A stretch of 41,391 nucleotides of DNA from positions 82,125,903 to 82,167,293 of the forward strand of contig NC_068987.1 of NCBI RefSeq assembly GCF_001194135.2, written 5' to 3'. Source of the DNA: Octopus bimaculoides (lineage: Eukaryota). Shown piece by piece: positions 11,270-22,244 of the stretch. A model generated the notes under the pieces. The model saw only the letters and a program-made list of their open reading frames with translations, made no database searches and was not told where the DNA came from. Within the stretch, counting starts at the first letter, position 1; each line of letters opens with the position of its first letter. The position numbers and the translations under genes were made by a program.

Positions 11270-12156
11270 ATATGGTGCAATGGGTAAATTGTTGCCATTT
11301 TGTATTTTTAATTTCATTCATATGCATTGCTTGTCTTTTATTTTGTTGACTATACAGTATAGTAGGGTCAGTTGGGCATTGTCTGTGAGAGAAACAGCAC
11401 CATGACAATTCACTCTGCCAGAAATTTAGAAATGACATGCTGCACAGCTTGGTATTTATGCTGGAAGCTCCAATATGAACATTTCAGAGTATTTGGGTGT
11501 CAATCTGAGGACAGTGCAATCTGAGGACATGTACTGAGAGTGATAAAAATCAAACATACAGTCAACATCATGATGTTTGGAGTGATCACTAGTAATGGCG
11601 ATGTTATGCCTCCATTCATCTTCCCACACAGCCTCACATTCAACAAGGAGGCCTACATCAAGTGCCTGGAGTAAGTAGTGCTGCCCTTGGTCAAGAGGAT
11701 GACTGCTGGAAGACATTTTGTCTGGCAACAGGACTCTGTACCATGACACACAAGCAGGAGAACCCAGTTATGGCTGTCAGACAATTTCTGAAACCACATC
11801 ACCCTTAATATCTGGTCACCTAACTCCCCAGACTGCAACCCCCTTGATGATTATGTATGGGGCACAGTTGAGCGAGAGACTAACAAAACTCCTTGTAACA
11901 CCAAAGATGAACTGAAGGTAAGGATTATGGCAGCATTCACCAACTGAAACAAGAAGAAACGGTCCAGAAGAGTTGCAAGAGATTCGGTAGTCGTCTGGAG
12001 GCCATGGTTGAAGCCAATGGTGATTTTATTGAATAAATTTACTCTTTACTATTTCAAGATATTTTTATGTAATTTTGGTAAATATATCTTTTAAAATAAG
12101 ATGTCTGTTATTTTCATTTTTGTGTAATTTAGACAACTGTTTATTCACCACACCTT

Positions 12157-12158
<2 letters not shown>
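11270..12158 (+). mobile_element. DD37D (maT-type) Tc1/mariner transposon, internally deleted pseudogene
   Basis: VMMFGVITSNGDVMPPFIF...VWQQDSVP*HTSRRTQ...WSPNSPDCNPLDDYVW, with 37 codons between the last two catalytic Asp. Ends EANGDFIE* after a frameshift; TIRs are degenerate. Confidence 0.85.
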
Positions 12159-12205
<47 letters not shown>

Positions 12206-12860
12206 NNNNNNNNNNNNNNNNNNNNNNNNNNNNNNNNNNNNNNNNNNNNNNNNNNNNNNNNNNNNNNNNNNNNNNNNNNNNNNNNNNNNNNNNNNNNNNN
12301 NNNNNNNNNNNNNNNNNNNNNNNNNNNNNNNNNNNNNNNNNNNNNNNNNNNNNNNNNNNNNNNNNNNNNNNNNNNNNNNNNNNNNNNNNNNNNNNNNNNN
12401 NNNNNNNNNNNNNNNNNNNNNNNNNNNNNNNNNNNNNNNNNNNNNNNNNNNNNNNNNNNNNNNNNNNNNNNNNNNNNNNNNNNNNNNNNNNNNNNNNNNN
12501 NNNNNNNNNNNNNNNNNNNNNNNNNNNNNNNNNNNNNNNNNNNNNNNNNNNNNNNNNNNNNNNNNNNNNNNNNNNNNNNNNNNNNNNNNNNNNNNNNNNN
12601 NNNNNNNNNNNNNNNNNNNNNNNNNNNNNNNNNNNNNNNNNNNNNNNNNNNNNNNNNNNNNNNNATATATATATATATATATACACACATATATACTTAT
12701 ATATATGTTTATACACACATATGCATACATACTATCTAATACACCCATAAAAGATACACACTTTTATTAGATGCAGTGCAATACCAAAGCTGTATCGTTT
12801 TTTTTTTATAGACTTTTTACTGGTTTCAGCCTTTAGACTGTGGTCATGCTTGGTCTGGAA

Positions 12861-13240
12861 GATTTTGATTTGTTTACACTAACCTCAATAGGTCTTTGCA
12901 AGCAAGGTTCATTGCCCAATGAATGAGGGGTATTCATAAGTGGACTGGTTACACCCCATGTTCGGATGTGCTTTTAATGTTCCACTGGTACGAATGCCAA
13001 TCAAACGCTTCTGTCATCAGCTACGTCAGTGATTTTGATTTTGATTTCACTTGCCTCAATAGGTCTTTGCAAGCAAGGTTCATTGCCCAATGAATGAGGG
13101 GTATCCATAAGTGGGCTGGTTATACCCACTGGCATAGGCCACTGTCTCACTTGGCTTGTTGGGTCTTCTCAAGCACAGCATGTCTCCAAAGGTCTCAGTC
13201 ACTTGTCAATGCCTCGGTAAGGCCCAATGTTCGAAGGTAT
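12861..13240 (-). mobile_element. RTE ORF2 end and proximal 3'UTR fragment with internal duplication
   Basis: 13140-13240 is the reverse complement of 280-372; direct repeat 12883-12957 / 13054-13128. Confidence 0.75.
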
Positions 13241-13261
13241 ACTGGCTTTATTTATATATAT

Positions 13262-13430
13262 ATATCATCATGATCGTCATTTAACATCTGCTTTCCATGC
13301 TGGCATGGATTGGACAGTTTGACTGAGGACTGGTGAGCCAGAGGCTGCACCAGGCTCAATCTGATCTGGCAAAGTTTCTACAGCTGGATGCCCTGCTTAA
13401 CACCAACCACTCCAAGAGTGTAGTGGGTGC
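13262..13430 (-). mobile_element. RTE 3' tail fragment
   Basis: Reverse complement matches 580-750. Confidence 0.85.
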
Positions 13431-14140
13431 ATAGAACAAATATTAAAATGATTTAATGACTTTATATACGATATCAAACCTCCAACATACATCATATATA
13501 AATAAATGTTACCATGGCTTTCATAATATATAAATCAAAATATAAAATATATAAGACATAAGACATACACATACAGAAAATCACCAAGGTCTTGTATATG
13601 TGTCCTATCTCTCTTTTCACCCTGAATAGGGGGCCATTGCCATGATATGCATCAATTGCAATCTAACTATGGTGATGTGCTCCTGAAATGGCCATAGATG
13701 ATGTGTTTAGTTTAATCCGGGAAACCTTACTCTTGAATTATTATATTCTGTGTAGACAATTTTTTTTGATTTGCAAAAAAAAAAATTTACTCGTGTATTA
13801 TTACCTTTGGTGTGAGTGAGGTAAATATAACTTTTTAGTTGATTTATTCTTTATTTGTTTGCCCGCTTTCTCAGCATGACATATTTTTAGTATTTTAAGG
13901 TATTTTATAAATTTTTAGCCGTTTTATGATGGGACGTTCCTATACTTGTTTTGTTGTTTTTTTTCACATATATGTATATTTTTTTACTTTTGGTGGTTTT
14001 CTGTATTTGCATGTCTTATATATTTTGATTTTTGATTTATATATTATGAAAGTCATGGCCATATTTATTTATATATGATGTATGTTGGAGGTTTGATACC
14101 ATATATAAAGACGTTAACTCATTTTAATGTTTGTTTTATG
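13430..14140. repeat. Long inverted repeat (about 155-bp arms, 400-bp spacer), possibly Penelope-derived
   Basis: 13430-13587 vs reverse complement of 13988-14140, including a 36-nt exact stretch tatcaaacctccaacatacatcatatataaataaat. Confidence 0.8.
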
Positions 14141-14243
14141 ACCAATGTTTAATTACCCTTGCCTCATTTATTTGAACACTTCTTTTTTGCAGTCCTATTA
14201 ACTCTTTGTCTCTTTTGAAAGAAACAATAGTTATTTCTTGACG

Positions 14244-14304
<61 letters not shown>

Positions 14305-14310
14305 TACACA

Positions 14311-14478
14311 CACTACACTCTCGGAGTGGTTGGCATTAGGAAAAGCATCCAGCTGTAGAAACATTGCCAGGTCAGATTGGAGCCTGGTGCTGTCGCTGGC
14401 TTTCCAGACCTCAGTGAAACCATCCAACCCACGCCAGCATGGAAAACAGATGTTAAACGATAACGATGATGATGAATG
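14311..14478 (+). mobile_element. RTE 3' tail fragment
   Basis: Matches 586-750 and ends gatgatgatga. Confidence 0.85.
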
Positions 14479-14479
14479 A

Positions 14480-14646
14480 CACACAACAGACTTCTTTCAG
14501 TTTCTGTCTACCAAATGCATTCACGAAGCTTTGGTCAGCCTGAGGCTTTAGTAGAGGACACTTTCCCAAGGTGCGCATACCATCAGACTGAACCCAGAAC
14601 CATGAAGTTGGTAAGCAAACTTTTTACCACATAGCCACACCTGCAT
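14480..14646 (-). mobile_element. SINE family A head
   Basis: Reverse complement gives gtggctatgtggtaa...ggttctgggttcagtc (A and B box-like). Confidence 0.8.
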
Positions 14647-14859
14647 ATTCAGGAAAAATGTTTTTATTGCATCAAAGTGTGTAATATGAGTCTAGCTTCA
14701 CATGTAGGGCCCAGGTCTTTTGAAGAGAGTGCATCAGATATGCCAATACAAACTGCATATACTTATTTCCCATTCAACATTTGCATGTGTCTATTTCTCT
14801 TCAACATAAGGTTTGTCAAGAAAAGACATTTGGTGATTTTTATTATTATTATATTTATT

Positions 14860-15070
14860 CATCAATGTTGTCATCACTGTCATTGTAGCATTCACTTTTC
14901 TATGTTTGCATGAGCTTGATGCTATTCACTAAGGCAGATTTTCAGAAGCTGGATATCCTTCCTATTGCAAACCCTGGCCAAGTAATATTTTCTCATGGCC
15001 CAGCATATTTTCACAGGTGATTGGAAACAAATGCCACTGCTTCTATGATGGTGACACTCATTTACAAGTA
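14860..15070 (-). mobile_element. Diverged RTE-tailed SINE 3' part
   Basis: Similar to the reverse complement of 22690-22890 and 36345-36575. Confidence 0.55.
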
Positions 15071-15384
15071 TCACATACACACACACACATACATATAAGT
15101 CTATGTTGGCCTCTTGTGGGCAATAAAAAAATCACACACACACACACACATATGTTCTTTTATTCTTTTACTCATTTCAGTCATGCAGCTGCAGTCATGC
15201 TGGAGCATATATGTATCTATATATCAAAATAAGCAACAGGATATTCTGTTGCTTATTTTGATTTTAATCACCTTACTTTGAAATTGTATGGATAATACTG
15301 TACTAAATTCTGCTGCCTCAACTTAAGTACCTAATTCATCTGAATCTAATTTTTTTATTATATATCTATATATACACACCTCTG

Positions 15385-15628
15385 GCAGTGTAAAGCACTT
15401 CTGGTGGTTTCACATAAAAACATCTATGCAGTGCCACATAAACGCACCTGTGTGACACCACTTAATGGCACCCGTGCAGTGCCATGTAAAAGTGGTCAGC
15501 ATAAAGAAGGGCATCCAGCCATAGAAGACCCTGCCAAATCAGACTGGAGTCAGGTGCAGCACCCCAGCTTTGGTCAAACCATTCAACCCATTCCAGCATG
15601 GACAATGGACATTAAATGATGATGACGA
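15385..15628 (+). mobile_element. RTE-tail-related repeat with gtgccacgtaaaa-like units
   Basis: aagaagggcatccagcc...ccagcatggacaatggacattaaatgatgatgac tail. Confidence 0.65.
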
Positions 15629-16921
15629 TATGAGGTGGTGTCAAAGAGTTCCTGGACTAGTAATGTTTAATAAAAAACAACTTATTTACCTAAGTTTCAA
15701 CATCATCTTGTTTGAAATAGTCACCTTGTGCAGCATAGACATGATTTGATCATCTGATGCTGACTATTTAAGCTTATATTGATTCATCCAGAGCAAAAAT
15801 ACATTATGGACATAGATATACATTGAATCATCATTCCTGCCACTTTTGGAATCCAGTCTGGAAGTCGTTCTCCGTAAGTGAGTCAAGGACCTTCTGCAAT
15901 TCGTTCTGGATAATGGTATTAAAACGGCAACCTTTGAGCTGCATTTTCATCTTAGGGAAAAGATGGATGTCTGCAGGTGCTAAATCTAGTAAAGAGAGCA
16001 GGTGCAGAAGTAATACCTTGTTGTTTTGATGAGAAGCTCACAACTGAAGAGAGCTTGATGACAGGGTGCAATGTTATCATGAAGAATCTAATTCTTCATG
16101 CTCCACAGATCCGATCGCTTTCACCGCATCTCCCTCAAATGCTTCAAATGTTGCAGTAGAACTCTTAATTGACAGTCTGGCTCTAGGGGACAAATTCTCA
16201 ATGCACAATACTACATTTCATGGTAGGTCTTCCAGAGACTTCCTTCCACTTTTGAAGCATCCATGACACTCAAAACATTGCATACAACCCATTGCCTCAT
16301 CGCTATAAGCTTGCCAAAGCATGTTCAATGTCTCTGTAGCAGACTTCCCAAATTTAGCATAGAATTTCACATTGGCTCTTTGTTCCAGTCCATGAGAAAA
16401 ATCGCAGACTACAGCATACACATGTGATCACAAAAACACAAATTTCACAACTTGTGAAGTAAACACAGTAATATCACTTGGCACACTGCCTCAAGGAGAT
16501 TACTGCTAGCTCTCACTGCACACACAACTGTGTTATTTCTTTACTGCCCACAAGGGGCTACACACAGAGGGGACAAACAAGGACAGACAAACGGATTAAG
16601 TCGATTATATCGACCCCAGTGCATAACTGGTACTTATTTNNNNNNNNNNNNNNNNNNNNNNNNNNNNNNNNNNNNNNNNNNNNNNNNNNNNNNNNNNNNN
16701 NNNNNNNNNNNNNNNNNNNNNNNNNNNNNNNNNNNNNNNNNNNNNNNNNNNNNATGAAAGGCAAAGTCGACCTCTGCGGAATTTGAACTCAGAACGTAAC
16801 GGCAGACGAAATACCGCTAAGCATTTCGCCCGGCGTACTAACGTTTCTGCCAGCTCGCCGCCTTTCTGTGTGCTGCCATCTGTTAATGTGCTACAGAACT
16901 AGTCTGAGAAATTGTCTGATA
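15629..16921 (-). mobile_element. Mariner transposon, internally deleted, with nested insertions
   Basis: Both TIRs present (tatgaggtggtgtcaaagagttcctggactagt / actagtctgagaaattgtctgatatcacttcgta). Minus strand encodes EQRANVKFYAKFGKSATETLNML and DLAPADIHLFPKMKMQLKGCRF. Confidence 0.9.
16534..16865 (-). mobile_element. SINE family B (long-tail type B1) inserted in the mariner
   Basis: TSD ctgtgt at 16528-16533 and 16866-16871; B-box-like gagttcaaattcc; spans an N gap. Confidence 0.85.
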
Positions 16922-17399
16922 TCACTTCGTAAGCAATATATTTCATTAGGAATATTGTCAGAAAACAGTTATAAATTCAAGGCCTTCACTAAAAAGGAGA
17001 CAGAATTTGAAGAACCAAACATTATAATCATGGCATATAATCTAATAATAAACAATTTTCTGACTGCTTTATTCCAAATACCTTTTAAAAAAGATTTTAC
17101 CAGCATTATGTTATTTCCTTTGTCTCTTCTTTGTACAATATATTTGTTGATAATTTAACTTCAGATCTTTGCTTATAGTCTTGAACTTTTGGAGAAAGTT
17201 TCAGTGAAAATATAAAATCCATTAATAATATAGAATAATGTTTAAGATTTACCTATTTCCAAAGCACATTTCAAACAATTCATAATTAAGTAAAATTTTG
17301 TTTTGAACATGTGTAAAAATGAACTATTTTTATATTTCCTAGATGTGTCTTATTTCCTCTGTTTAAAGTTTTACTTTGATCTTCTCTAAGCAACCTTAC

Positions 17400-17481
17400 A
17401 AATCATTTTGATGAAGTGTATTCTTCAGGTGTAGTGGGGAATATGCAGAAGAGTACAAGGAGAAGAAACTTCCATCTGCCT
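17400..17481 (-). CDS. Candidate exon (ADGSFFSLYSSAYSPLHLKNTLHQND)
   Basis: Acceptor aactattttgaaag, donor ttt|gtaagg, open frame; phase-compatible with 20057-20122. Confidence 0.35.
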
Positions 17482-18339
17482 CTTTCAAAATAGTTGATTT
17501 ATTTTAACATAAAACGGTGCAGTTAGTGCAATAAATCACGTGTGAAATAACCTTATTGTAATTGTGAACCCTAATGCTAAAATTGATTAGAAAAGAGTTT
17601 GAGATTTTATTATGTCAAATTCTCTCCAAACTTTGTCTAGTTACAAGAAGCAGGGAATCTCTGAGAGAAATTGAGTAGAAATCAATAGTTGTTTAATCTA
17701 TCCATTTATAAGAGTCAGAAAAAGAATCACCCAAATATAATTACTCCGGTGAAACAAAGTTTGAATTACATTCACTGTTGCAGTAATCAAATGTGTTTGG
17801 AAATTAAGGTCAGCATCATGCATGAAACCATTAGGCTACAGATTAAATCCACTTGATTAAATTAAGTATTATGTTGGGGAAATTTAAACACAAACACCAC
17901 AAAATAAAATCAAAACTTGTTTTCCTGCTTTGAATAAACAGAAATGTGTATGACTATAGTTAACTGTATGGACATTAATGTTCTGCTGTTGTTGCAGTTA
18001 CTGGTGTTGGTGGTGGTGATGATGGTGGTTGTGGTGGTGGTGCAGGTCTCTTTCACATGTCATACAGTTGAAGCAGCCATGTTAGCTTTCTCAGACTAGT
18101 TACGATGATACACTGTTGTGTAATTATTCGAGGACTTGCACAACACATTAATGACAGCAGATGGCACTTAACTGCCCATTTCACCCCAAGAAGTCACAAG
18201 GTGAGGACATAGAGTACTCAATGGGATTTTAGTTGTGTGATTTATCATGCTAGAAGTTTCTAGAACTATACATACACACACATTTAGAGCAGAAACTAAA
18301 ACATGACTTGTTGTGCAATTGATGTAAGTGTCTATGTAT

Positions 18340-18383
18340 ATTAGTGTGTGTGTGTAATTGTGTATGTGATAGTGTGTATGTCT

Positions 18384-18469
<86 letters not shown>

Positions 18470-18483
18470 TTGTGTGTGTGTGT
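18340..18483. repeat. Long (GT)n microsatellite
   Basis: Directly visible. Confidence 0.95.
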
Positions 18484-18655
18484 ATAGGTGCAGTTGAGGC
18501 TGTGTGGTAAGAAGTTTGCTTCCCAACCACAGGGTTCTGGATTCAACTCCACTGCATGGTACCTTAAGCTGGTGTCTTCTACTTTAGCCTCAGGCTGACC
18601 AAAGATGTATGAGGGGGTTTAGCAGACAGAAACTGAAAGAAGCCTACCAAATATA
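18484..18655 (+). mobile_element. SINE family A head
   Basis: ggctgtgtggtaag (A box-like) and ggattcaactcc (B box-like). Confidence 0.8.
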
Positions 18656-18687
18656 TATCTATATACCACAGAAGACATATATATATA

Positions 18688-18810
18688 ACAGCTTGCAGAA
18701 GATGTTGGATGCCAAGTTGAAGACCTGAAAACACTAGAGGAAGATCAGGAGGGATAAAGAGAGGTAGTTAGGCTTGCCCGAGTAATCAGCCTGACTGTAT
18801 GATGTCTCAA
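18688..18810 (+). mobile_element. Old RTE-like 3' end remnant
   Basis: LAEDVGCQVEDLKTLEEDQEG*REVV resembles the RTE terminal DRxxWRxxV region. Confidence 0.4.
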
Positions 18811-19506
18811 TAAAAAATAAATAAATAAAAAACAATATCTCAGTCATTCAATGATATCTTTGTATTATTTGTGTCCAAACAAATTAGTGGTGTTGCTTGC
18901 TCTTCAGTCAGTCCTAATTAAAGGTTATTAAAACCATGAATATCTGGTCCCTTTTTACAGTTATAGCAAGCCATCAGCATTATCTATTCCACCTTCTTTC
19001 TTTAAAGAGTTAAGGTGTGGTTTGTAGGAGATTTGGTTACTATTTCTTGTAAGATTAGTGGTTAAATAGAGGCTCCCTTTGGTTAAATAGAGGCTGTATA
19101 AGCATGTGGCACATCATACATTTACATTATGGTCATTTTTACATAAGGTGTACACACTGCCTGACTATTTGAGGGTGGAGAAATGTACATTGAAATTAAT
19201 ATTCTTGAAATAAATGTTTGTAACATCACTATTACTACTGAGAATTCTTTGAAACTTGAAACTTTGAACATGGCGCTTTGAGTTCAAATTTAAAACTTTG
19301 GATGCAGTGCTCTAGGTCAGAGGTTTAAAATGTCATCTATTCATTTATCTGTTTCTTTTGATTTGGCACAATGCCTACAGGGCAGGGCAGATATTAATAC
19401 ATTTTCTTTGGCCAAATTTGTCAAATCATCAAATTAGAAGTCATTCAGCATGAAAATCCAAATAATGACATCAAAATTTAAACTTTTAATACATATTTAT
19501 GATGAA

Positions 19507-19955
19507 TATTCTTTTCTATTCAAGGCACAAGGCCCAAAATTTTTGAGGAGGGGACCAGTCGATTAGATCGATCCCAGTACACAACTGGTACTTAATTTAT
19601 TGACCCTGAAAGGATAAAATGCAAAGTCGACCTCAGCAGAATTGAACTCAGAACATAAAGACAGACGAAATACCACTAAGCATTTCACTCAGCGTGCTAA
19701 CGTTTCTGCCAGCTCACCACCTTCCTAGTATTAATATATTCTTTTCTACTCTAGGTACAAGGCCTGAAATTTTGGGGGAGGGGGCTAGTTGATTAGATCA
19801 AAATCAGTACACATTTGATACTTAATTTATCGACCCCAAAAGGATAAAAGGCAAAGTTGACCTCAACGGAATTTGAACTCGGAACGTAAAGACAGATGAA
19901 ATACCGCTAAGCATTTCACCCAGCATGCTAATGATTCTGTCAGCTCACTTCCTTT
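19507..19955 (-). mobile_element. Two tandem SINE family B (short-tail type B2) copies
   Basis: 19507-19722 and 19735-19955, each with a head, a ctttcatcctttc-ggggtcgataaa-like core and a ttgtgcctagagtagaaaagaa-like tail. Confidence 0.85.
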
Positions 19956-20056
19956 CTGATGAATACTAACCATGTCATAGTTAACATCGTTTACTTTTTA
20001 AGGTCTTATAGTGTGGACAACCACAATGGAAAAAAATGATTGGTTGGATCTGCTAC

Positions 20057-20122
20057 CTAGATTAACATGCATCCCTGGTCCTAGGATATCTGTAACCGGA
20101 ATATTGGCAGAGTCTCCAGCAT
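20057..20122 (-). CDS. Candidate exon (AGDSANIPVTDILGPGMHVNL)
   Basis: Acceptor ttcaattcctag, donor tag|gtagca, 66 nt, open frame in phase 1-1. Confidence 0.35.
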
Positions 20123-20273
20123 CTAGGAATTGAATCCAAATCACAGTGTTGGGATATGAATGCTACTCAACGAGTGCTACTCAATGAGTTCTACTCAATG
20201 AGTGCTACTCTTCATCATTTGATTGAGTCATTTGCAGAAAAGGTAATGATTTACTTCAGTCAGCTGCACAAAT

Positions 20274-21372
20274 ATCTTTTATCTTTTACTTGTTTCAGTT
20301 GTTATAGGACAGTGGTCATACTGGAGCATTGCATGAAGTGTTGGGTAGAAAAAAATTAGCCCCAGTACTTATTCTACCAGTTTCTTTTGCTGAGCTGCTG
20401 CTTTACGGGCATGTAAACAAACCAAGTCTGGCTGTTGAGCAGCAGGAGAACAAACACAAAGACACAAACACATTTGGCAGGATTCTACACAATTTCTATT
20501 TACCAAATCCACTCATAAGGCATTGGTTGGCTTCAGGCTGAAATAGAAGACACTTGCCCCAGATGTAACATAATGGAAATGCAAGTGGAACCATGTGGTT
20601 GGGAAGCAAGCTTCTTACCACACAGTCATACCTGTAGCCTTAGGCTTCCTTACAGTTTCCATCTATCAAATTCACCCAAAAGACATTGGTTGGCCAGGGA
20701 ATCTAGTAGAAGACATTTCCCTAAAATGCCATGCAGTGGAACCACTAGTGTAGCTAGAGGGGCAGTAGGGGATGATCCACCCCAGGCGGCACTTTTAAAG
20801 GGGGCAGCACTTTTCATCCTGTTGTAGGCAATATGTGTTTTTTTTGTGGGGTCTGAGAGCAGCAGATGAAAGAGCTACCCTGGGCGGTACACACTGTAGC
20901 TACGCTAGTGAGTGGAACAGAACTTGAAACCATGGGGTTACAAAGCAAGCTTCTTAACCCCTCAGCCATACCTGCAACTATATATATATATTCTTTTACT
21001 TGTTTCAGTCATGTGACTGTGGCCATACTGCAGCACCATCTTTAGTTGAAAAAATCGACCTCAGGACTTATTTTTTGTAAGCCTAGTACTCATTCTATCA
21101 GTCTCTTTTGCTGAACCTCTAAGTTACAGGGATGTAAACACCAAAATCGGTTGTCAAACGATGGTGGGAAGACAAATGCAACACACAAACACACACACAT
21201 ACATATACGATGGGCTTCTTTCAGTTTCCATGTACCAAATCCACTCACAAGGCTTTAGTTGGTCTGAGGCTATAGTAGAAGACACTTGCCCAAGGTGCCA
21301 CGCAGTGGGACTGAACCCAGAACCATGTGGTTGGTAAGCAAGCTTCTTACCGCACAGGCACTCCTGCGCCTA
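20274..21372 (-). mobile_element. Cluster of three same-orientation SINE family A copies
   Basis: 20274-20634, 20644-20975 (interrupted by a MITE) and 20991-21372. The last is well preserved: ataggcgcaggagtgcctgtgcggtaag...gggttcagtcccact. Confidence 0.85.
20743..20910. mobile_element. 168-bp MITE with 14-bp TIRs and 8-bp TSD (hAT-like)
   Basis: TIR cactagtgtagcta / tagctacgctagtg; TSD agtggaac at 20735-20742 and 20911-20918. Confidence 0.9.
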
Positions 21373-21966
21373 TGTTTACTTTTGTTGAGCGATTTCTTTT
21401 TTTATGTAACTTTTGCAACTTTGGCAGATAGACTGATCTGTGGCATTTGTTCTGGGTCTCTGTATTTTGAGTTCAAATCCTGCAGAGGTCAAATTTGTCT
21501 TTCCTCCATCCAGGATCATTCAACAAAGAACCATTTCAAAGTAGTGAACTGGTAGAAGTGCTAAAATGTTTGCTAAGATACTGTGCTGTATCTATTCTGG
21601 ATTTGGCATTCATTAAGGGGTTCAATTCCAGCTGATGACTAAAGCCGGTGTTACCTGATCATGGGACCACAATTGATTATTAAAGCTACAATGGGTGGAG
21701 AACGACTGTGGCAGTCTGCTACTGTAGTCGAATGATGAATTTTCTAACAGGCCCTTATTACATTCTCACAAACCAATGAAGAAACCCTCAAGCTTTATAA
21801 ATCATCTGACCTGCTAGAAATAACAGTAAAATCTCTTGCAACTCACAATTACCTTTAAAAAGGAAGGACACATATTCAATTTACAACTACAATGTTTTAT
21901 GTCCAAAATTAAATTATTAAAATGAATTACCATGGCTTTTATACCTTTAATTATAGATCTACTCAC

Positions 21967-22114
21967 AACATCTGAGGACACAAAGCTGTCTTGTGTTCTC
22001 AGATGTTGTTTGAAGTTACCCTTCATCTTGTCGGTAGGAGAAGAGTAGCACAGTTTCTTCATGAATGCATTAAAGATTAATGTTGATACAGATGCTGATT
22101 CATTCATTAAATGC
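21967..22114 (-). CDS. Candidate internal exon (HLMNESASVSTLIFNAFMKKLCYSSPTDKMKGNFKQHLRTQDSFVSSDV)
   Basis: Acceptor tcatttcaaacatttag (alternative AG before 22094), consensus donor gtt|gtgagt, single open frame within ORF 21814-22107. Confidence 0.5.
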
Positions 22115-22244
22115 CTAAATGTTTGAAATGAGTTGTGGCTTATCAGATTATTATAAGCTACAGTATAGAGATATACAAATAAGTTACAGTATATATATAT
22201 ATATATATTAAGAGTAAATATTATACATTAGAGTATATAAGTTA

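Noticed and set aside
12065-12770. Long ORFs spanning N gaps (also 28142-28982, 31103-31746, 39127-40390)
   Set aside because: Open only because N codons contain no stops; the flanks are microsatellites.
18484-18560. tRNA gene call for SINE heads
   Set aside because: A/B boxes are present but there is no cloverleaf, and each continues into SINE body sequence.
20158-20210. 14-bp near-palindromic tandem repeat (atgagtgctactca, about 4 copies)
   Set aside because: Very short; explained by slippage, with no other support.
21630-21660. ctgatga hammerhead core heptamer
   Set aside because: No stem II or downstream GAAA.
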